DNA from: Octopus sinensis
Lineage: Eukaryota
DNA length: 64,000 nt
Direction: 5' to 3'
NCBI RefSeq assembly: GCF_006345805.1
Contig: NC_043006.1
Span: 90,582,001 to 90,646,000, forward strand
In this document: in pieces, positions 53,801-64,000 of the stretch
Position numbering within the stretch: position 1 is the stretch's first letter
Layout of the letters: every line of letters begins with the position of its first letter
Program-made: the position numbers and the translations under genes
The notes under the pieces: generated by a model
The model's input: only the letters and a program-made list of their open reading frames with translations
The model's database searches: none
What the model was told of the DNA's origin: nothing

Positions 53801-56419
53801 AGCTTCTGGAGTTTAAAGACTTCTTCCAACTATAGCTTTGTTTGGGTAAACACTTTACAGTATAGTGAGAACAAAAATGTTTTATGTTACATTATGGTCT
53901 ATATTAGCTTAAATGTATCAAAGCAACCAAACTATATTATGTCTTCCTGTGATTATTACTTTTGCTTTCTAGGCTCCACTCCCAAAACAGTTGAAGAAAT
54001 GCTGCTTAACTCATTATACATCATGCACTACTTAATTGGTGAATTTCTATTCAAATTTTAATCACAAATAAAAAAAAAATTCATACCATAGAAAAAAGTC
54101 TGATGGGGCTGATTTACAAAGTCAAAATGAAATTATCTCTCATATCGCTAACTTTAGAACTGTGGTGTAATGGCACCAAACTGGAACTAATTGCACAAAC
54201 AGGTAAGTTAATGCTGCATTATTTAGAGAGATCCTTAAAATAAGTAAACTAAAGTGAATTACATTTATGAAAATAAAGGTATTTCTAATTTGACCCTACT
54301 CCAATGAAGACAGCTTCCACCCAATAAACTTTTCATTCTTTTGAGTGTAAAGTTATAATTACTTTAAAATGACAGTTTGAAGTGATTCTCAGTATTTTTT
54401 CTCTTTTTGTTATATACTTACTGGGTCTGGAGGAAGGAGCAGTGCTCATGGTTATTACAAGCCTCCCTAGACCAATGAGATTGATGCCATAGTAGTTTTT
54501 CTTGAAACCTTTATAATCAATATCTGCAGGGAAAGGTATGAGTTGGGAGGGGTGGATATCTGCCAGGCCAACACTATGGAATACAGAGACTAGGCATATA
54601 GTGAGGAGCTTAGAGATTGGATGCAACTAGAACAATGACAAAGGAAAGCCTAGTAGTTTAGTGGAAGTGGCATGGACTCACTAACTCTAGGGAACAAGGG
54701 TTATTATAATAGCTATAGAAAATAAAAGGTAAAGAGATAAGACAGCATATCTGGAGATCCGAGGCTGGAATGTATCTGTGAGTAATTTTATGCCAGTTAA
54801 TTATTTCTGTTGTCTTCTGTATGGCATCAGTGTAAACTGTTGATCATATTTCTAGTTTTATACTGTTACAATATTTGAATTCTACTGTGAGTTAATTTAG
54901 TTACTAGTTGATGACAAAAACATGTCTTTACAAAAAAAAAAAAAAAGATTGTTTTTCATGCTTGAATTTGAAACTCTAGGGATACTGCTTTGATGCATAT
55001 CTAAGAAAACATGCAAAAGAATTGATTAGTAAATTTAAAAAAGCTCTTTTGATAAAACATTTCATAATTTTAATGTAAAAATTATGCAAAGTTTCATCTC
55101 AGTTATCTGAATAGTATCCAAGGTAATACAGACTAAGGAGAAAATGTATTTTGCGGATATGCTTTTGGTCTGAACCAAGTCATTTCAGAAACGTAATAAT
55201 AAAATAAAATAGTGAAAAGCTTTCAGAATTTATTAAAAAAAAAGTTGTGTTATTGTATTCAACAGTTGAAATTCTATTTTATATTGGTTTCAGCCAATTG
55301 GTTGCAACTCTGCTGGAGTACTATGTTCATAAGTTTTAGTTGATAGTATAGATCCCAGGTTCCTATTTTAGCTTGGAACTTATTCTGTCAGATCCCATTT
55401 GTTGAATGACTAAGTTACCCATTAACACAAAAGAAAGTGGCTTGAAACATAACAAACACATATTTCCAAAACAGAATTCTGTTGGTCAAATTCCACTAAC
55501 AAGGCAAACTTGGAACTATGCAATTGTGAAGTGAATTTCTTAAAAATATGTCCGTGCTTGCATCTATGTGGGAATCATTTTCATCATACTAATTTGAAAT
55601 TGAAGATTGATTATAAATTGATAATAATCTGCATAAATAATGAGGTATGAATGGTGTTGAACCCTTTGACTTTAACGCAATGAGTTTGTGTAGTTCTTAA
55701 CTCATATTTCAGTACCTGTTTACCAATAGTATTCACAGTGACCTGTACACTTCATCCATATCTAATGAAGGCTCTTTCCATTAATCTTTCATAGTTTAGT
55801 ACATACAAGTTTAAGACTCTTGCATCAATTTATTCTGATGGTAGCAAGTGCATCAACAGAGTTTGGACAGAAGAGAAATTAATTTTCCAATCATCAAAAT
55901 GTTTGTTTTGCTTCTTATTCTTCATTTCCTAAAAGAGTGATGGGCAAGCAATCCACTTAAGCAAATGCTTTGAAATGAAATGAAATACCAACTTTTCTGG
56001 ATTAATTGATTTTACTGGATTCAAATTTTCTGTTTTGATGGATTTGTAATCATGTTTTAAAATTTGTCAATGCATGAATTCTGTTAACTTGTGAGTCAAA
56101 AAAAAAAAAGAGTGCATGAATCCAAGATGGTATTTTGATTCTAATAGTAGTTGTGAATTTGGTTCCATTAGCAGCTGTTAGTTAATTCATACTTAATAGC
56201 TCATCTCTTATCCCCAGGCCTATGATTTGCAATGGGTTTGCAGTTAAATTCTGTTAATGACTTGAAAGCCTTCACTGATGTATAATTGTTCTTCCCTAGA
56301 AAGCCATAAATAACATAAAACATTGATTTGTCAAGGAATGACTCAGTGTTCACTGGAACTGGAGAATGCAGAGAAAAATATGTAGAACACACACACACAC
56401 ACACATACACATATAAGAT

Positions 56420-57800
56420 CCAGGGATTGAGGTGTAAGGAAGAAGGTTAGCATCAAGCAATTGGTAGTAAATATGAAAAAACAACTTTCAGGGACTATAG
56501 TGGTTTATTGAGAAGGAAGGTTGTGGAATTTTTTTGTATCAGAGTACGATAAACTGAAAAAAGTTCTTTTTATATTTCACAGTAGGCAACCAGGTTTGCT
56601 GGGTGTGCGAATAAGAATACAAGAGTTACGGAATGGTGTAGATAAGATCCAGGCTACATGCTTCATAGTGGGCAGAACCTCAGAAGTTGTAAATATCCAG
56701 GTGCAGTGTATACTGCAGGCTATTCTTCAGGCCAAGGATTTCTTGATCAAATGGAAGTTTACATTGCTGCAGAGCGGTACATGTTAATGCATGGAACATT
56801 CAATATATATATACGTGTATGTATATATATATTTACTCATTTGCTTTACCATGCTGATGAACTGAATAACATTTTTTTAGATTTAGATAAATTGCTTTAG
56901 GAATTTAGAACAATGTTCCTTCCTCATGTTTCATACTACCAGAGTTGATAGATGGGATGCATATTTGGAGTAATTATTTTTGTATCTGAATAACCTATGT
57001 ACTGATGATAAATGTAGATTAATAGAGACAATATTTTTTTTTCTGTCCTTTCAAATCAGTAATGAGTAAAGAAAATGAAAAGTGTTTTATTCTTATTTTT
57101 TTTAGTTTAGTCAGAATGAAGGGCCTCTGTATCTAGAACATTCAGGAATCTACAGTGACTGGTGAAAATGTGGTTAATGTTCCTCCTTAAATAGAAGGCT
57201 GACTCTTTGTTCAGGAAGGACTCAGTCTGAAGGTGTGTATGGGTTTGGGGTGAGGGTGTGGATACAAAATGGATAATGAGATAAGGAGAGACAAGTGTGT
57301 TAAAACTATCAGAATGGAAGTGACTCAAAACCAACCAAATCTGAAAAATTGGGGTCACTATAGTAGCAGTAGAAAAGGCAGAGAGATGGCATGTCATTGA
57401 GTCAGAGGTTGAAATAGCTTCATACCTATCACCTGAGCAACTTTTTGGGGAATACAGTCTGGGTGATCGATATATGTAACAAATGCACTGTGTTAGATGT
57501 GGGAGTGGTACTCCCTTAAGGCCTCGCTTAAGTTCTGTAGAATTTAGTTGTTGGTGGGGCTGAAATGGAGTTTAGAATTTGGAAACCAAAAGAGAGTTTA
57601 GTTGTGGATTAAAGTGTTTTTTTGGCACTGAAGAGGAAAGCTTATCTTCAGCTATATTCAGGGTTGTGTATTTACCAGGAGAGATCTTTAATGGTGGTGA
57701 GTCCTAGTCTAGTATCTGAGGCAACCTAGAGGATCTAGTTGCAAAGTGTTTATGTTTAGGGTTAGTGGAGTACAGTAAGATTTTCATGGTATGTGTAGTG
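56420..57800 (-). mobile_element. Old, decayed CR1/Jockey-like LINE 3' region
   Basis: The minus strand near 56580-56720 resembles the 'YKAQVRP.MEY...W' RT C-terminus; heavily mutated, boundaries approximate. Confidence 0.4.
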
Positions 57801-59092
57801 ATTAATATTTTTACTCTGTTGCAGGAGACAAGATTGGCGCAATGGATATTTTTGACTAGAGATACATGCAAATTCAGGTGTTGGTGTGTTTTGCATTTAT
57901 TCTTTTCCCCTATTAATCAGAAAGGAAGGCAGTTCTCATGACTTTTTCCTTTATAGGGCCTCTGAGATTGTGGGAAGGGTGAGGAAAACATCCTCAACTG
58001 GATTCCGAACCCAAATGCTTGCAAAAAAAGTGGACCCTGCTAAAGGTATCTAAGGTACCAGGTAGTGTTGTTAAAACCTGATGACAACAGATTAAGTCAT
58101 CCACAAAAGTAGGTTTTGTTGAAATTTTTAATACAGAATGCTAGGAGCTGGAATATATACTGCAAGGCTGAAAGGATGAAAAGGCAATTTTCATAGAATT
58201 TTAACTGAAAGGCAAATTGTCAATTGCTTTAACCATATTTGTGAGATTTTTTTTTTTATTGTTAGATACCACGTCTATCCATAAACACTTAAATTGGAAA
58301 ATTAGAGTAGTACATATTATAATCAGCCTAACAGAAGCAAGAACTAGTCTTTAGTAGTAATTCTAATAATTTAGGTGTAAACTTCTTAACCATTGGGAAT
58401 TGTCAAAAATTAAAGTAGACCTAGCAATATATTTCCTGATTTAATCAGATTTTTAGCTTGTCTTATTGCATTGGACAAAATAAAAATGTATGGTAGAGCA
58501 TTATTTTAACAGCAGAGTCAATAAGAATTGATACCTTGTTGAATATATAAAATGAAATAAAAATGTATAAAAAATAATAAATAAAATATTGTTACTCTGA
58601 AGATTGGATGAAGAACTAATCTTCAGCTTGAATTGTTAAACTAAAAATCTCAAGATATTTCAAGAATGGAAAAAACTTCCTTAAACATCAGCAGTGTGTT
58701 GACTATTTACTTTCGAGGTTATGAATTTCTATACAATTTTTATGAAATCAATTTATTTTTCTTTTTAACTTTATATTGACCTGTTGAATGAATAAGATTT
58801 TTCCTCTTTCTTATTTGCTTCTATAATCCGGTTCAATTATGTGTTTGCAGTCTGGTTACCTTATTAAAATTGCATTAACTTCGTTCTACCTCCAGGGAAA
58901 TCTATTTGCTATCATTTCATATGCTTTCATTCAATTTTCATTGATTAACATTTCCAATCCTTAAGTTTATTACTTGATATAAAAGAAATGTTCTTTTTTA
59001 CTATTGAGATTCATATGGATTAACTTCTCAGTTTTCAGTAGGTCAGAAATTTACAAAAAGTTGCTGAAAAACTGTTATATAGATAATTCTAA

Positions 59093-59136
<44 letters not shown>

Positions 59137-59366
59137 TATTATTATTATTATTATTATGTCATTGAAACCCTATACATGACATACACTTTTTAAAGTTTTC
59201 AAACATTTTCTAAATTTTCAATTTAAAAGCCATTTACTGAGAATCTTATTTTCATTTTTTAAATTTATATTTTCACATTTTCAGCAAATTGCAGTTGCAA
59301 AAGAGAAAAATAAATATACTAATACTTTATATAAAGTATTCATACATTTATATCAATATCTATCTA

Positions 59367-59412
<46 letters not shown>

Positions 59413-60156
59413 TTTTATATATATATCAATACTTTGATATTTATAAAATTCATTATTTATCTTTCAATAATTAGGATCTATCTCCTATTTTGTCATTCTT
59501 AAGTTTATTTAATTTGTACATCATGGCTAGTGTTTCTTGATTGTCACAATCAGTTTTTATCTGATGCTGATTATCATAAATAATGTTACATGAGATATTA
59601 TTATCATTGTTATAGAATGAAGAAATAGAACACTTTTGAGAGTCTTTTATGTTTTAAAGTAAATACATTAAAAGTAGTTGTCATTCATTTGTGATTAGAT
59701 AAGAAGAAAAGCTATTTTTAGATTTTAAATGTGAATTCATATCATTTACAAAACTTTTGTTATAAATGATTTGAACATCACGTTCACAATTGTCAACCAT
59801 ATTTAATGTAAGCATATAAGTGTACTTTTATAAATATTAAACTGGCACTCCATCAGTAATGGCAAGTATTCCAGTTGATCTGATCAACGGAACAGCCAGC
59901 TCATGAAATTAACGAGCAACTGGCTGAGCACCCCACAAGTATATGTTCTTTTTATATAGTTCTCAGGGAAATTCGGCATGACCCAGAATATGACAAGGCT
60001 GGCCCTTTGAATTTTGACCAACTGAGTAGACTGGAGCACTGTGAAATAAAGTGTCTAACTGAAGAATACAACACACCACCAGGAATCAGCCTTATGACTA
60101 TACAATCATGAGTCAAATACCATAACCACTAATCCATGCACCTTCACATACATATG

Positions 60157-60198
<42 letters not shown>

Positions 60199-60757
60199 AC
60201 ACACACACACACACACAGGCAAGTTACTGCAGTTTTGTTTAAAATAAAAAATTTCCTATGGACATGGTGTGTTTTAAAATATAATTGGATTGAAACGAAT
60301 AATCATCCTGCCAGTGGTTATCAAGAAAACCAAATGCACTTTGGTACTTTTGGAGCTTGCCAGTAACATTTGCTCACAGCCAGCTAAATGACTAGATGAG
60401 ATTTTTTACAATGATGTGTACTCACAGCTAGCCATACATTTTGATGACATTTGTTGCCTCTGCTATATGAGAATGATAGTACTCTGTTTGTCAGTAAGGT
60501 AGACTGAATGAGAGAAACACTTTGTCTCAGTTCATAACACTATGGGTAAAATTAACAGTAAAAAATATCTATAAATGTTTGCAGTCTCCATTATATCATC
60601 ATCATCATTGCTTAATGTCCGTTTTCCATGCTGGCATGGGTTGGACAGTTTGACTGAGGTCTGGAGAGCCAGCAGCTGCAACAGGCTCCAATCTGATTTG
60701 GCAATGTTTCTACAGCTGGGTGCCCTTCCTAATGCCAACCACTCTGAGAGTGCAGTG

Positions 60758-61160
60758 GGTGCTTTTCACATGTCGCCAGTCAGGCGGGCCTGGCATCAAT
60801 TACATTTGGATAGTACTTTTTACATGCCACCAGCACAGGAGCCAGTCAGGGGGTACTGGCATCGGCCATGTTTGGATGGCACTTTTTACATGTCACCAGC
60901 ACAGGGGCCAGTAAGGCGGTCCTGGCATCAATCAAGTTCAAATAGGGCTTTTTACATTCCACTGGCATGGGAGCCAGTCATGGGGTATTGGCATCAACCA
61001 CATTCAGATGGTGCTTTTTACATGTCACTGGTACGGGAGCCAGTCAGGGAGTACTGGCATTGGCCACATTCGGATGTTGCTTTTTATGTGCCACTCATAT
61101 GGGTCCAGTCAGGTTGTCCTGGCATCGATCACATTCAGATAGTGCTTTTTACCTACCACT
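60758..61160. repeat. ~63-bp minisatellite (about 6 copies) inside an RTE-tail element
   Basis: Repeating GCTTTTTACATG.CAC..GCAC.GG.GCCAGTCAGG...CTGGCATC...CAC.TTC.GATGGT; ORF 60575-61162 shows a 21-aa period. Confidence 0.85.
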
Positions 61161-61164
61161 GACC

Positions 61165-61960
61165 ATGTGAAGGGTTCTTAAGCCTCCAAGTCCTTCTTTT
61201 CCAGATTGGTCTGCTTTTTGGTATCCTTCTGGCCTCAAGTCTAAAGTCACTAATAGCTAGTCTATGCTGGGGGTTACATTCTTCACCAGGGAAGGCCTTT
61301 GTATTTAAAAGCAACCATGCATCCTGCAGTCTGGTGAGAATGAAATCAATCTGGCTAGCAGAGTCACCTGATTGATTGGTTATCAGGTGGCTTGCTGAAG
61401 TTGGTGTTGAAGATCAATAGGTTATTTGCATTGCAGAAATCCAGGAGCCTTGTTCCCTCTTCATATCTGGTACCAATTCCATGGCCTCTGTGTACACCAT
61501 GGAAGATACCAGGTTGCTGTCCAACATGCCCATTAAAGTCTCCAGCCACAAAGATGAGATCCTTATCACCTGTCTTTGAGGTTGCCTGCAGAAAGATATG
61601 AAAGTGATCCTTCTATTCATTTGGTAGGCCTGCTTGTGGGGCGTAGGCAGAGATAGTTGTAGCTGTCCCATTCTGCAAGACTAGCCTGAATTTAAGTACT
61701 CTATCACACACTCTCACTACTTCTATGACCATATCCACCCATTTCTCTGCAAGAAGTATGCCCACATCCCCTATTCCATCACTATTAACTTCCCAGAAGA
61801 GTTTATACCTATGTGCTTTACCTGTGAGGACTCTGGCTGAAGTTCCTCCCCACCCTACTTTTTGTATGCAACATACATCAACACGTCTCCGCTCAACCAT
61901 TTCTACAATCTCGCTAGACTTACTTTTCAATGTGCCTACATTTACTGTACCAACTCTGAA
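61165..61960 (-). mobile_element. RTE-clade LINE apurinic-endonuclease domain remnant
   Basis: RVGTVNVGTL...VDVCCIQ..GW...GVGILL...ISAYAPQAG...AGDFNGHVG...NEEG.RLLDFC.ANNL...QIDFIL, with frameshifts. Confidence 0.88.
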
Positions 61961-64000
61961 AACTGGGAAAGAGATATGGGAGGTAACACAGGAAGGAGAG
62001 ATGTTATTCAGCACCTGAAAAAAGGATGGGTGTAACCACGGACACGAAAATGTCATTTTAAGGGGCAGAGCAGAAAAGTAAAGTATTATTTTAGAGAAAA
62101 GTATGAAATATGTATATACATGTAGCCAAGAAATAAGGTTAGTCATTTTAGGGGCAGAACAAAGAAAGAATTATTTTAAAGAATAGATAATACATGAGTT
62201 TGAATGAATGAGGTGATTAAAAAACAAGAGAAATTCTTAGCTTAGCTGTGCATATTTTTGAGTGTCATCAAACAGCCAAACACATGGAATAAACTAATGA
62301 AAGTCTGAGAGAGGGGGGGGGGTAAGGTGTGGAGGCGACTGCCGGAAATGGATGAAGTTGGCAGACTTTACCCTAAGGGAGTAAGAGAAATAGCAGGAAG
62401 TAGCCATTGTAACAAAGAATGAAAGAGATACAGACAGGGAATAGATTATTTAAGCGAATGGTTTGAAATACATATATATATATATAGTAAAGAAGGGATT
62501 ATTTTATTGGGAGAGATTACAATTTGGAAGTTAGTTGATGAATTAATATAAATGTTTACAGTTTACAAAAGCAACCACAGACACAAAAAAGTCATTTTAA
62601 GGGGCAGAGCAGACAAATACGAATTATTTTAAAGAAAAGTACGAAATATGTATATACTTCATACTTTTCTCTAAAATATCTTTCAATAAATAAACCTTGT
62701 TGGTCATTTTATATAACAGTTAACATCTTTTTAGTTTGTGATACAAGTGATACTCCTTCTCTAGCTCCAAATATTATAACAGTTAATTCACCTGCAGATG
62801 TTACACCTTTTTGCATGATTGTTTAGTTTAATTTACTAATTGTAATGTAGGTTGTAGTTCATCTTTGAATTAATCCACCATAAATTTGTATGATATACCA
62901 GAAAATGTCTTATAAACTGAATGTCACCATAATAATGAGAGGAACCAAGCTTAACCAATGTATCGTCTCATGGATTATGTATTCTTGGGATAGAAAAACA
63001 ATGAAAATAAATTTAAAAACATAAGTAGAAGTATAATTGTGAAATTTATGTATGCGTGTATGCTGATAAAAAAAAGTTATATCCTAGAGAACAAATATTA
63101 CTGAAAAGTTAATGAACAGGCAAATCTGGTAGATGAATGAAATGTCTTACAGTATATAGTGGCATAGTTTTACACTCAAAGTTGGAAGCCTGCTGAGTTT
63201 TAAGTTTGTTTTCATTTTTTCAGGATTGTTAAAACAAGTAGCAATTGAGTTCTAAGTTTGATAAAACCAACTGTAACCATTCCTCATACATGAAGCCTTA
63301 TTTTGATGTAAGAAATCAATATTGCTAAAAGTGAAACTGTGAAGTCAGATTATTTTCTTTATTTTATACAAAATATTCTTAAAGGAAAGATTTGTATTAT
63401 AATGTTTATGCACAATATCTGATGCTAACATTTTCCTTGTATGAGTTATACATTGTATGTCTAGCAGAAATCAAAGCTTTGAAAATACAATGTTCAATAA
63501 TTCATAAAAATTTATAAATGAGAACTAATCAATCCTTAACATTGAGAAAGAGATACAAAATACTTTGAAAAATGTAGATGAAGGCTGTTTTCTCATGCTT
63601 AATATTCATTTTAAGGTATACATATAAAGTATGTGTGCATGTTGAAATTATTGCATACAACTATTCTGTATCTCCTACCTTAATCATATAACTAATTTTC
63701 AAAAACTAATAAACTGTCATGTGTAAGACTATTTAAATTTTATCATATTTTGGGATCTAAGAAAATTACTATTTTAAAAGAAGTTTTAATAATCTAAGAA
63801 TATTTAGCATTTAATGTATGTACATACCTACATGTACATATATTATAAGACAGACACATTTCAAACTTATTTCAGCCTCCACTTAACCAAACATATGTAA
63901 AACAATTTTGCTTTCTGTTTTTCCTGACTAAAAAAAGACAATTGTAGATCCACAAATAGATCCATTTTATAAACAAACCACTACTTGGAAAACCTATTTA

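Noticed and set aside
54158-54202. WCNGTKLE resemblance to the FAIM motif WCNGKKLE
   Set aside because: Flanking residues and neighbouring candidate exons do not match FAIM; no symbol assigned.
60758-61160. Regularly spaced repeats resembling a CRISPR array
   Set aside because: Eukaryotic context, the whole unit is repeated with no unique spacers, and no cas genes.

Overview
AT-rich eukaryotic genomic DNA. The repeat complement (tRNA-headed SINEs, RTE/CR1 LINE tails, kb-scale (TA)n arrays) looks like coleoid cephalopod, probably Octopus; this is an inference. Only two host-gene exons are well supported, arranged head-to-head about 2.9 kb apart: coding exon 1 of THUMPD3 (minus, 9184-9384) and coding exon 1 of a type II membrane protein resembling RXYLT1/TMEM5 (plus, 12324-12462). 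I could not confidently find downstream exons of either gene. The rest is intronic/intergenic and dense in mobile DNA: RTE, CR1-like and Tx1/L1-like LINE remnants, a complete-ended IR/DR Tc1 element, a Merlin-type non-autonomous transposon nested in a LINE, Helentron-associated elements, fold-back MITEs and SINEs. Almost all long ORFs in the supplied track are microsatellite or low-complexity artefacts. The most interesting signal is a set of minimal type I hammerhead ribozyme motifs (34741-34803, 35100-35147, degenerate copies at 32986-33049 and 27081-27121). Two of them sit in the inverted ~445-bp terminal repeats of a Penelope-like GIY-YIG retroelement remnant (32952-34836). All calls were made by eye, without alignment or folding tools.
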